Source: an uncultured Gammaproteobacteria bacterium (lineage in GTDB: Bacteria; Pseudomonadota; Gammaproteobacteria; Chromatiales; Chromatiaceae). Taken from it: a DNA stretch of 64,000 bases. Location: the NCBI GenBank assembly GCA_963790775.1, contig CAWBPR010000012.1, forward strand, positions 2,763 to 66,762. The letters are read 5' to 3'. The position numbers and the translations under genes are program-made. A model generated the notes under the pieces. That model was not told the origin of the DNA and ran no database searches. It saw nothing but the letters and a program-made list of their open reading frames with translations. This document shows positions 27,801-35,701 of this stretch, one piece after another (the first letter of the stretch is position 1; every line of letters begins with the position of its first letter).

Positions 27801-29392
27801 AGCTGGCGCTACGCCTGGTGCTGGCGGTCGTGGAGGGTCAGCAAGCTCCGCGGTTTGAGGCTTTCCTGAAAGAGATCCATGCCACCCGTGGGAAAATAAC
27901 CGGATTGATCCGCGATATCCTGGCGGATGCCCTGCCCGCCGATGACCTGGATGCTCTGTCCCGTGGTCTGGATAACATCAATACCCGGCATGCCGATATG
28001 AGCACACTGCTAGGTGAAGCGGAACAGGCGATTGGCAGCGCGCTTGACGCCGCCAGGCTGCGCCGGCTGGTTGACTTGGCGCGGGCGCTGGGCGACCTCG
28101 CCTGGCGGGTGTCCAGCGGACGCCAGGGAATGGGGCGCGCCCGGGTGAGCCTGGTGCTCTCACCCGGCTCTATGGTGAGTTGGGCCAGCAGCTTCCCGCA
28201 CAACCCGTTTTCAGTTCCCGTCACCCTGGACCCCAGTGGTGACGGCGCTCAGCTTGCCGCCGGCTTGCTGGAAGGTCAACTGCGCCAGGCGACACAGGGT
28301 TTTGTACTGATGCGCAAGGCGCGCGTGGAGCTGCAGCGCCCGGCGGACGCGGCCCGCGCCTGGTCAGACCTCGAGGCTTTGTCCTGGCGTGACCTCGATG
28401 ATGCAGAGCGGGCCTTATGTCCCTCACTGCTTCTGGTAGGCGACAGCAGCCTGCTGAGCGGCGCTGGCCTGGGGCAGGTGAGCATTATTCTCGGTAATGA
28501 TTTGCCGGTTAAAATGCTGTTGCTCAGCGACCTGGACCTGGGGATCGACAAACCGGCAGGCCTGCAGGCTCCCCTGGCCGCAGTGGATGATGTCAGCGTA
28601 GATCTAGGCCTGTTGGCGATCGCCCGGCGCGGCGCCTGCATCGCCCAGACCGCGATCAGCGCCAGCGCGCATTTTGCCGCAAGCATTCACTCGGCCTTTA
28701 CCTTCCGGGGTCCGGCCCTGCTGCATGTGCATGCCCCAAGCCCGGCGCGCCATGGCTTCGCACCGGACCAGACCCTGCACCGGGCCCAGGCCGCAGTGGA
28801 CGCCAGGGTGTTTCCCCTGTTCCGTTATGATCCTGAGGCCGAAGGCGTGTTCGGCTCCCGCATCAGTCTGGATGGCAACCCGGCTCCTCTGGATACCTGG
28901 AACATGATTTCGGATGGGAGCGCCTGCACCCCTGCCCAATGGGCGTTGGGCGAGGAGCGCTTCTGCGATTGGTTCCTGCCGTTGCAGGAGGACGCTGCCG
29001 ATCCAACCCCAATAGCGGAATATCTAACCCTGCCCCGGCGGGAGCGAAGCAAACGGACGCCCTTTGTGGAACAAACAACCAGTGGCAGCGAGACCCAGCG
29101 CTTCTCGGTTGATCAGTGGCTGGTGCGCATCAGCGAGGAGCGGCAAGACTCCTGGCGCATGCTGCAGGAGCTGGCAGGGCTGGTGACTCCATTTACTGCG
29201 CGGGTAGAGCGAGCGGCGGAAGCACGTGTTGCTGCGGACCACAAGGCTGAGCTGAGCGCACAGGCAGAAGTCTACGAACAGCGTCTTCGGGATCTGCGCA
29301 ACGCGCTTCAGCAAGAAAACCGCCAGCAGATGCGTGAACGCCTGATGCAGCTTGCCGGCTACCGCGACGCTGCCGTACGCAAATCGGGTTAG
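24788..29392 (+). CDS. PFOR (pyruvate:ferredoxin oxidoreductase)-like protein, 1534 aa, catalytic motifs apparently degenerate
   Basis: The start is trimmed to the first ATG after the rnfB overlap (MPGFANTALRL). Collinear with PFOR domains I-VI: DGNTAVAVTEAG.., LSGPDLVQAMDLL.., VRCLRPFPG..VLERLD, and a 2x[4Fe-4S] domain (CTGCGACWSACP at 27146, CKGCGICIQACEP at 27548). The TPP region reads GDSS..LLLSDLDLG and the FPLFRYDPEAEG box is present. Confidence 0.8.
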   Translation: MPGFANTALRLLRRVLGTTSRTTGPYAGNPTVLDGNTAVAVTEAGISEAAGLGATFPAETAGLAWRSEQWRHGSNLAGSPLSTLAAEGPRGALAASIGLAMSGVRATSFLSGPDLVQAMDLLTLAAGRRLPLVIHLSERSLAGHAPALGSGHQALHLSADAGCLLFTAANVQEAVDFSLIARRVAEQALIPALVAMDAEQTALAVQEVRLPPAELVESFLGRPGDQIPAPTPAQQLLLGDERRRTPCWHDPDRPVMLNALQAPQVWGLARAAGKAWFDDHLAACLEDAFERFAAQTGRRHRQLSSYRVEDARLILVAQGAAVETLEAVADHLRSRHRLKTGVLGVRCLRPFPGAELARLLGKLGNGARVCVLERLDTPLATDPPLLREVRATLDHALENDRFGTDTHPDYPALKEKHRPRFLSVVYGLGGFPLRAADLAALCRNLATIRRPQVYLGINFSHTSSVYPKRQVLLDRLRRSYPEIVDLGLTDAAASPDLRPADALTLTIHRLSGGAGEGLLAEAASFAHRLLGGGLRSRPALFTEPWGGVCLDRLTFGAADLRDPGDETPIDLALITTDSDLQELYPQQGLDAGSALLVQSALPHEALWAQLPGAARAVLKAAGRHLYIVSPLEGPASTRNEYLLGALFAVLLDTGLLKVTQRRLLSVREEILQQSVVDAGQQLAVFEAGMQQVQLINSARLPLEPAQAAIAADDEAPPLVRRLGNIDNAYDSLPRFWDQVGVLYKQGNTSELAPDPYLAVGAVPPLSASFRDLSPLRSELPVFEPALCTGCGACWSACPDSAIHTLAISPARLIDAGIRRTGAEALRPLVSKLAAGIAEQCSREDSSASTVAQLVTGAYDRLKGKLPFPEERKAAINAGLDQLLTAFGCLPVAVTAALFFESENQAKGSGELLALAVDTGGCKGCGICIQACEPGALQLAHQSADVLSQARRIQQAWHELPDTQPATIQRLGQHPGVGATAAALLGRGAGLAITGGDGAEPGSGAKLALRLVLAVVEGQQAPRFEAFLKEIHATRGKITGLIRDILADALPADDLDALSRGLDNINTRHADMSTLLGEAEQAIGSALDAARLRRLVDLARALGDLAWRVSSGRQGMGRARVSLVLSPGSMVSWASSFPHNPFSVPVTLDPSGDGAQLAAGLLEGQLRQATQGFVLMRKARVELQRPADAARAWSDLEALSWRDLDDAERALCPSLLLVGDSSLLSGAGLGQVSIILGNDLPVKMLLLSDLDLGIDKPAGLQAPLAAVDDVSVDLGLLAIARRGACIAQTAISASAHFAASIHSAFTFRGPALLHVHAPSPARHGFAPDQTLHRAQAAVDARVFPLFRYDPEAEGVFGSRISLDGNPAPLDTWNMISDGSACTPAQWALGEERFCDWFLPLQEDAADPTPIAEYLTLPRRERSKRTPFVEQTTSGSETQRFSVDQWLVRISEERQDSWRMLQELAGLVTPFTARVERAAEARVAADHKAELSAQAEVYEQRLRDLRNALQQENRQQMRERLMQLAGYRDAAVRKSG

Positions 29393-29423
29393 CAATGGAT
29401 AATCCACACAGACCGGGAACCCT

Positions 29424-30764
29424 ATGCTAGCCCTGTCCAGACTGTTCAAGCGCGGCTTCTCCCACGGTATTCATCCACATGCATACAAGGAGCAGACTGC
29501 CGGACTGCACACCCAGCGCATGCCCTTCGTCGAGCGCTATATACTTCCCGTTCACCAGCACCTGGGAGCCCCTTCCAAGCCTGTGGTGGAAGTGGGGCAG
29601 CGGGTGGGACGCGGGACATTGATCGCCGAACCGGGGGCCTTCGTCTCCACCAGTCTGCACAGCCCGGTTACCGGCTGGGTCCGGGCCATCGGCCGACGGC
29701 GCTTTCCCGGCGGCCGCTATGCACAGGCCATCGAGATCGAGGCGGACCCCTATGCCACCCAACGGCTGGATGTCGAGCGCCCTCCCGATTGGCGCGGCCT
29801 GTCGCTGGAGGATTTCGTTTCCGTGATGCAGCTGACGGGTATCGTCGGCCTGGGCGGGGCCTCGCTTCCCGCCCACGTCAAATACTCCCTGCGCGAGGGG
29901 GTGAAGATCAAATACCTGATCGCCAACGGCGCTGAGTGCGAGCCCTATCTGACCAACGACCACCGGGTGATGGTGGAGCGGCCTGACGCCCTGCTGCGCG
30001 GTATGGAAATTCTGCAAACTCTGCTCGGCGCCGAGGAATCCATCATCGGCATCGAACTCAACAAGCCCGATGCCATCGAGGCGCTGCGTGCGCGCATCCC
30101 TTCCGACCGGCCCTGCCGGGTGGCGCCCCTGCGGGTCAAGTATCCCCAGGGTGATTCGAAAATGCTCATCAAATCCCTGTTGAACATAGAGGTTCCCACG
30201 GGTCTGCACGCGGCGGACCTGGGGATCATTATGAATAATGTAAGCACCATTGCCGCGATCGCGGACTACTTCGACACCGGCCTGCCCTATATCGACCGCA
30301 TGGTCACGGTGTCTGGTCCCGGTATCGAATACCCCGCCAATCTGATCGTGCCATTGGGTACGCCGGTGCGAGAGGTGTTGCGTTTCTGTGGCGGCCTTAA
30401 ACGCGACACCAAGGAGGTCATCATGGGCGGCCCCATGATGGGCACCCCGATCGCCAGCCTGGACGCTCCGATCATCAAATCAAGCTCCGGGGTGCTGGCC
30501 TTTACGGCCGAGCAGACGGCCCGCCCCAAAGAGTATCCCTGCATCCGTTGCGGCCGTTGCGTGGAGGCCTGCCCCTATTTTCTCAATCCGTCCAAACTGG
30601 CCCGTCTGGCCAAGGCGCGCCTGTTCGAAAAGATCAAGCAGGCCAACGTGATGGAGTGTGTGGAGTGCGGTTCCTGCACCTACTCCTGTCCCTCGGGTAT
30701 CCCGATCGTGCAGCTGATCCGAAGCGCGAAAAGCGACATCCGCAGTAAGAAGGGGGCGAGATGA
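29424..30764 (+). CDS. rnfC: Rnf complex subunit C
   Basis: 446 aa. Motifs present are FSHGIHP, HLGAPSKPVVEVGQRV, GLGGASLPAHVK, ANGAECEPYLTNDHR, KYPQGDSKML, and two 4Fe-4S motifs (CIRCGRCVEACP, CVECGSCTYSCP). Confidence 0.88.
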   Translation: MLALSRLFKRGFSHGIHPHAYKEQTAGLHTQRMPFVERYILPVHQHLGAPSKPVVEVGQRVGRGTLIAEPGAFVSTSLHSPVTGWVRAIGRRRFPGGRYAQAIEIEADPYATQRLDVERPPDWRGLSLEDFVSVMQLTGIVGLGGASLPAHVKYSLREGVKIKYLIANGAECEPYLTNDHRVMVERPDALLRGMEILQTLLGAEESIIGIELNKPDAIEALRARIPSDRPCRVAPLRVKYPQGDSKMLIKSLLNIEVPTGLHAADLGIIMNNVSTIAAIADYFDTGLPYIDRMVTVSGPGIEYPANLIVPLGTPVREVLRFCGGLKRDTKEVIMGGPMMGTPIASLDAPIIKSSSGVLAFTAEQTARPKEYPCIRCGRCVEACPYFLNPSKLARLAKARLFEKIKQANVMECVECGSCTYSCPSGIPIVQLIRSAKSDIRSKKGAR

Positions 30765-31768
30765 TGCACAAAGACCCCAAGCTGCTGGTGCAGCCAGCCC
30801 CCTTATTGAAGCAGAACATGAGCACGGTGCAGAGCATGCGCGATGTGCTCTACGCCCTGCTGCCGGCAACCCTGGCGGCAATCTGGCTGTTCGGCCTGGG
30901 GGCGCTGCTGGTGCTGCTGGCGTGCATTCTGGGGGCAGTATTCACCGAGTGGATCTTCTCGCCTGCGGAACAGCGCTCGGTGCGGCTGCTGGATACCAGC
31001 GGGGTGCTGACCGGTTTGCTGCTGGGGCTCTCCCTGCCCCCCGCGCTGCCGCTGTGGATGGCCTTCCTGGGCGGGGTTGTTTCCATTGGCCTGGGTAAAC
31101 TGATCTGGGGCGGGTTGGGGCAAAACCTGTTCAATCCGGCCCTGGTTGGCCGGGCTTTTCTGCTTGCAACTTTCCCCAATGCCATGACCACCTGGAGCTC
31201 CCAGCTGAGCGGGGAAGGCTTTTTCCAATGGCACCCTTCCAATCTTGCCCTGCCTTTCATGCAGCCCGAATATGACATGCTCTCTGCGGCCACGCCCCTG
31301 GGACTGATGAAATTCGAACAGCAGCCCACTGCGCTGCTGGACTTGATGCTGGGCAATACCGCCGGCTGCCTGGGAGAGACCAGCGGTCTGCTGTTGCTGG
31401 CGGGCGGGGTGTTCCTGCTGCTGAGGCGGGATATTGACTGGCGCATCCCGACGGGTATTTTGCTCTCCGTGGCAGTGCTCTCCGTTGTCTTGTATGCCCT
31501 CGACGCCGCCCGCTTTCCGGACCCTCTGTTCGCCGTGTTCTCCGGCGGGTTGTTGCTGGGCGCCTTCTACATGGCCACCGACCCGGTCACCTCACCGCTG
31601 ACCCCGCGCGGCGCCTGGATCTTTGCGCTTGGCGTTGGCCTGCTGGTGGTGGTCATCCGACTCTTCGGCGGCTTTCCAGAAGGAGTGATGTACGCGATTC
31701 TACTGATGAATGCGGCCACCCCGCTGATCGACCGTTTTATCCAGCCCCGGCTGTTCGGCAAGGTGTGA
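30761..31768 (+). CDS. rnfD: Rnf complex subunit D (polytopic membrane, FMN site)
   Basis: 335 aa and multi-TM, with NqrB/RnfD-type motifs (LFNPALVGRAFL, SAATPLG, YMATDPVTSP). The ATG overlaps the rnfC stop. Confidence 0.88.
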   Translation: MMHKDPKLLVQPAPLLKQNMSTVQSMRDVLYALLPATLAAIWLFGLGALLVLLACILGAVFTEWIFSPAEQRSVRLLDTSGVLTGLLLGLSLPPALPLWMAFLGGVVSIGLGKLIWGGLGQNLFNPALVGRAFLLATFPNAMTTWSSQLSGEGFFQWHPSNLALPFMQPEYDMLSAATPLGLMKFEQQPTALLDLMLGNTAGCLGETSGLLLLAGGVFLLLRRDIDWRIPTGILLSVAVLSVVLYALDAARFPDPLFAVFSGGLLLGAFYMATDPVTSPLTPRGAWIFALGVGLLVVVIRLFGGFPEGVMYAILLMNAATPLIDRFIQPRLFGKV

Positions 31769-31775
31769 AGATCAG

Positions 31776-32432
31776 ATGAAGAACCGGACTCAGCCCCCCA
31801 TCAAGAACGTTGAACCCGGCTCCAGCCGGCTGGTGGCCACCCTTGGCTTCGCCGGCCTGCTGTCGGGCCTGATCATCGTGTCGGTGTACGAGGCCACGCT
31901 GCCGACTATCTCCGCCTACAAGGCCAAGGTGCTGCAGGAAGCGGTGTTCAGGGTGCTTCCGGGCACTACTCGCCTGCAGCAACTGGCTTACCGCGAGGAC
32001 AGGCTGACTGCGGTGGAGAAGTTAGAGAAGGACGAGGAGTCCATCTTCGGCGGCTATGACACGCAGGGGAATCTTGTGGGCTATGCCATCCCCGGCTCAG
32101 GCCCCGGCTTCCAGGACATCATCCGGCTGCTGTACGGCTACCTGCCGGAACAACGCAAGGTGGTCGGCATGGAGATCCTGGAAAGCCGTGAAACCCCGGG
32201 GCTCGGGGATAAGATCTACAAAGACGCCGGGTTCGTGGCTAATTTCGATGATTTGTCTATCGAGCCGGAACTGGTGGTGGTGAAGAAGGGCAACAAGGCC
32301 GCTGCGAACGAGATAGACGCCATCACCGGAGCGACTATTTCCTCCAAGGCAGTGGCGCGCATCATCAATCAAGCGAACCAGCAATGGTCTGCGCGCCTGG
32401 AGGCTCCGGATGAAAACAAAGCTGTCGACTAG
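31776..32432 (+). CDS. rnfG: Rnf complex subunit G (FMN-binding)
   Basis: 218 aa with an N-terminal TM anchor. Motifs present are ETPGLGDKI and the flavinylation motif DAITGATISSKAV. Confidence 0.88.
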   Translation: MKNRTQPPIKNVEPGSSRLVATLGFAGLLSGLIIVSVYEATLPTISAYKAKVLQEAVFRVLPGTTRLQQLAYREDRLTAVEKLEKDEESIFGGYDTQGNLVGYAIPGSGPGFQDIIRLLYGYLPEQRKVVGMEILESRETPGLGDKIYKDAGFVANFDDLSIEPELVVVKKGNKAAANEIDAITGATISSKAVARIINQANQQWSARLEAPDENKAVD

Positions 32433-32485
32433 GCAGGGTGTATCAGGCACCTGCGAATCACAGGTTTTAAACTAGGTTAAAAACC

Positions 32486-33136
32486 ATGCCGCAAAAAAAA
32501 CAGGATGCCACTCAGGAGTTCATCAAGGGTCTGTGGCGGGACAATCCGGTCTTCGTCCAGGTGCTGGGCATGTGTCCCATGCTGGCGGTCACCAACTCGG
32601 CGGTGAACGCCCTGGCCATGGGTGGGGCGACCTTCTTCGTGCTGGTGACCTCGAGTTTTCTCGTCTCGTCGCTGAAACACTGGATTCCAAAGCAGGTGCG
32701 CATCTCCACCTATATCATCATCATCGCCACCTTCGTCACCGTCACTGATTTCACCCTGCAGGCCCTGGCGCCAGAGATCCATAAGGAACTGGGGGCCTTC
32801 ATCCCGCTGATTGTGGCCAACTGCATGATCCTGGGTCGGCAGGAAGCCTTCGCCTCGCGCAATTCGGTGCGTTTGGCCGTGGTAGACGCGCTGGGCATGG
32901 CGAGTGGTTTTATGTTCGCCCTGCTCTCCCTGGGGGCGGTGCGTGAGATACTGGGTGAGGGCTCCCTGTTCGGAATCAAGCTGTTCAGCGAGAATTTCGA
33001 GCCCTGGGTGATCATGATTCTGCCGCCCGGCGGCTTCCTCACCCTGGGCCTGCTGTTGCTGTTTTTCAATTGGCTGAAGGAGCGCAAGGATAAACTGATT
33101 CAACGGCTGGACGAGATGGAGGTCGAAGCACGATGA
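32486..33136 (+). CDS. rnfE: Rnf complex subunit E
   Basis: 216 aa. Motifs present are GLWRDNPVFVQVLGMCP and FIPLIVANCMILGR, typical of RnfE/NqrD. Confidence 0.88.
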   Translation: MPQKKQDATQEFIKGLWRDNPVFVQVLGMCPMLAVTNSAVNALAMGGATFFVLVTSSFLVSSLKHWIPKQVRISTYIIIIATFVTVTDFTLQALAPEIHKELGAFIPLIVANCMILGRQEAFASRNSVRLAVVDALGMASGFMFALLSLGAVREILGEGSLFGIKLFSENFEPWVIMILPPGGFLTLGLLLLFFNWLKERKDKLIQRLDEMEVEAR

Positions 33137-33711
33137 ACGAAATCGTCTGGATTTTTATCAGCGCCCTGTTGATCAACAATTTTGTATTGGCCTATTTTCT
33201 CGGCCTGTGTCCCTTCCTGGGAGTCTCGCAACGCCTGGAAACTGCCTTCCGTCTCGGACTGGCCACCATCTTCGTGATGCTGATCACCGCCCTGTGCGCC
33301 TGGGTTCTGAATACCTACATTCTGATTCACGCGCCTTACCTGCGGCTGATCAGTTTCATCGTAGTCATCGCCAGTACGGTCCAGTTCATCGAGATGGTGA
33401 TCAAGAAGCTGAGCCCGGCCCTGTTCAAGGCTCTGGGGATCTTCCTGCCGTTGATCACCACTAACTGCGCCATCCTGGGTCTGGCAATCTTTGCCACCAA
33501 TAAAGGCTATGGATTCGCCGAGGGTATGGCCTATGCTTTGGGCGCCGGCCTGGGATTCACCCTGGCTCTGGTGCTGATGGCCGGTCTGCGGGAGGAATCA
33601 GAGTTGGCGGCAGTGCCGAGGTTGATCAAGGGCACCGCCATGAATCTGATCATTGCGGGGATTCTCTCCATGGCCTTCATGGGTTTCGCCGGTTTACTCA
33701 GCACTGCCTGA
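33133..33711 (+). CDS. rnfA: Rnf complex subunit A
   Basis: 192 aa. Motifs present are NNFVLAYFLGLCPFLGVS and LPLITTNCAILG, typical of RnfA/NqrE. There is a 4-nt overlap with rnfE. Confidence 0.88.
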   Translation: MNEIVWIFISALLINNFVLAYFLGLCPFLGVSQRLETAFRLGLATIFVMLITALCAWVLNTYILIHAPYLRLISFIVVIASTVQFIEMVIKKLSPALFKALGIFLPLITTNCAILGLAIFATNKGYGFAEGMAYALGAGLGFTLALVLMAGLREESELAAVPRLIKGTAMNLIIAGILSMAFMGFAGLLSTA

Positions 33712-33723
33712 CTGTCTAGGATT

Positions 33724-33894
33724 ATGTGGACTCATCTATTCGCGATCTTGGGATTAGTCGCCTTATGCGCAGGCTGGGTGCTGTTTCAACAGTGGCTGCG
33801 GCGGGTAGACCCGGCGTCTGGGAAATCCGCAGATTCCTGTTCCGGGTGTAGATCCTGTGGCTGTACCCCACCAACCCAGGAAGACAGGGAGTGA
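33724..33894 (+). CDS. small (56 aa) membrane protein with Cys-rich tail, below the ORF-track cutoff
   Basis: My own translation is MWTHLFAILGLVALCAGWVLFQQWLRRVDPASGKSADSCSGCRSCGCTPPTQEDRE-stop. This is one TM helix, a basic stretch and CSGCRSCGC. An AGGA lies 3 nt before the ATG, 12 nt after the rnfA stop. The architecture resembles FeoB-associated Cys-rich peptides. Confidence 0.45.
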   Translation: MWTHLFAILGLVALCAGWVLFQQWLRRVDPASGKSADSCSGCRSCGCTPPTQEDRE

Positions 33895-33949
33895 AACCGA
33901 TGGATTTGTTTTCAGGGCCTATTACACACTGATCCAAGGGCACAAATAA

Positions 33950-33967
33950 AAGCGCCTGGTAGCGCTT
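33950..33967 (+). terminator. short hairpin AAGCGC-ctggta-GCGCTT at the end of the rnf block
   Basis: The 6-bp stem is read directly and is preceded by AAATAAA. There is no clear U-tract, so this is weak. Confidence 0.25.
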
Positions 33968-33993
33968 GAATCAATTGATGTGATTGATTTTAT

Positions 33994-34042
33994 TGGAGGC
34001 TGAGCCCGGAATCGAACCGAGGTATACGGCTTTGCAGGCCGT
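33994..34042 (-). repeat. tRNA-Cys(GCA) 3' fragment (anticodon arm to CCA), copy 1 of a 44-bp direct repeat
   Basis: The minus strand reads ACGGC-CTGCAAA-GCCGT-ATAC-CTCGG-TTCGATT-CCGGG-CTCAGCC-T-CCA. This is a perfect anticodon arm with GCA, a T arm, the 3' acceptor strand, the U73 discriminator typical of tRNA-Cys, and an encoded CCA. No complementary 5' acceptor strand (GGCTGAG) or D arm follows. Confidence 0.75.
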
Positions 34043-34200
34043 GGATGTTTAATTATTCACTTTTTAATTCAGTTAGTTATAAATTTAAAGTGGTGTCCCA
34101 CTTTTTTGACCCACTCTATGTAGGAAACTACGTAATTGTTCCGTAGATACCATACGGTTCGTCCGAATATTTTCACCATACACGCCTCAGCGCTGGCTTT

Positions 34201-34536
34201 TTACTCGACTGTGACCTCTCGCTCAATTGCTCGCTTTACCAACTCGTTTAGATTGATGTTTTTTTGCCTTGCTGCGATTACCGCTGCCCGGTGAAGATCT
34301 CGACCAATCCGTACGTTGAATGTACCTTTATAAGCCTTCTGTGGCTCGATATTCAAATCCACACAAGTCTTTATATAATCATCCACAGCTTCGTGGAACG
34401 CCGCTTCTATCTCATGTACCGTCTCCCCCTCATAGTTCACCAGCGGATCGATAAACTCCAGCTTACCGAACAGGCACTCATCCTCGACACTGGCCTCGAC
34501 AGACCCATAAAAACCTTTGTATTCCATGAACTTCAT
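34201..34536 (-). CDS. hicB: HicB-family antitoxin
   Basis: 111 aa. The N-terminus is MKFMEYKGFYGSVEASVEDECLFGKLEF.. and the C-terminus is RHH-like (GTFNVRIGRDLHRAAVIAARQKNINLNELVKRAIE). There is a 4-nt overlap with hicA. Confidence 0.85.
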   Translation of the reverse strand: MKFMEYKGFYGSVEASVEDECLFGKLEFIDPLVNYEGETVHEIEAAFHEAVDDYIKTCVDLNIEPQKAYKGTFNVRIGRDLHRAAVIAARQKNINLNELVKRAIEREVTVE

Positions 34537-34793
34537 ATCAATCCACCCTGTACCAGTTTTTCGATCAATTGCCGGAGTGCATAACGTTTGACGATATTCC
34601 CAGGATGCGGTTTGTGCAGATTGATCATCTGATCTGTATTACCGTTATCGAACTTCACCCGGGAACCGCTTCCCTGCACTTCCTGATAACCCAGCGCCTT
34701 CAATAAAGCTTTCAATTCCTGCCATGTAAAGTCTGCAGGAACCGCCTTGAGCTTAGCTATCAGTTTGTCTCGCCTTCCCATCTGCAACTCCAT
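34533..34793 (-). CDS. hicA: HicA-family mRNA interferase toxin
   Basis: The start is trimmed to MELQMGRRDKLIAKLKAVPADFTWQELKALLKALGYQEVQGSGSRVKF..LHKPHPGNIV, a HicA/YcfA-like fold signature. Confidence 0.8.
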   Translation of the reverse strand: MELQMGRRDKLIAKLKAVPADFTWQELKALLKALGYQEVQGSGSRVKFDNGNTDQMINLHKPHPGNIVKRYALRQLIEKLVQGGLI

Positions 34794-35429
34794 TTCAGTT
34801 GCTTGAAGCATAGCACTCCAACCAAAATACGCAACTATTATATAGTTGCAATGGATCACAAGGCAAAAACACATATACCGATATTTAACCGGTCTGATAT
34901 GCGGCCAAATTATGGAAAGAACAAGGTGTTTACAAATCCTTAACTTAAGAAGTATCTATATGATATCTATTCAATATGTAATTATTCTTATGCGGACACA
35001 TAAACAGCCATAAAAACTGGACATCACGAACATACCTGATAGGAAAGAGTTGGTGTCGCTGATGGAGCAAATGCGGATTTCGAAGAATTCACATCATCGT
35101 CGAGCCCTCGCTGACTTTGCGCTTGAAGCGGCTGCACACTCGGTGGGCTTTCGCCGGAGCCTTCCACCTAGCACTAATCCTGTAGATCCATAATTGGGTT
35201 GGCTGCATAGGCAAGGTGCTGGATGCGAAACTGGATGCGGGTGTTTTCTATCCCACCCAGGAATGAATAACGGTGGATTTAATCAGCGTCAATCAACTGG
35301 TGGAATGTCGGTGAAATACCTCAATTGATTTCAACTTCTTCCAGTGCCTGAAGTATCTCATCCATCAGCCCGCTCACCTCATTCAAATACAATGTAACCT
35401 CTTCTGGCGCCTCCCCCTGTGTAAGAATG

Positions 35430-35681
35430 TTACGCCAGGACCAGGCAGTGGGTCATGTAGCGGAGATTCCTGACCGATTCCCAGCTCATCCCCTCATCGA
35501 TGTGGAACAGCACACGTTCCCAACCAGAAAAACCGGCATGCTCGACCACTGCCTCACGCAGGTTCAGCCACGCTCCCTGGAGATCGGAGAGTATTGTTTT
35601 TTCATATCCGGAAGGTTCTCGATCAAAGACCATTGTTGACAATTTTAAGTAGAATACCGGATCAGTTGGTTCATGAGACAT
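35430..35681 (-). CDS. hypothetical protein, possibly frameshifted at its 3' end
   Basis: The start is trimmed to MSHEPTD to avoid overlap with the SNF2 gene. After the TAA at 35430 a different frame continues with coding-like WRNILTQGEAPEEVTLYLNEVSGLMDEILQALEEVEIN-stop. No family recognised. Confidence 0.35.
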   Translation of the reverse strand: MSHEPTDPVFYLKLSTMVFDREPSGYEKTILSDLQGAWLNLREAVVEHAGFSGWERVLFHIDEGMSWESVRNLRYMTHCLVLA

Positions 35682-35701
35682 TCTTACCATACCTTTATGC
35701 C

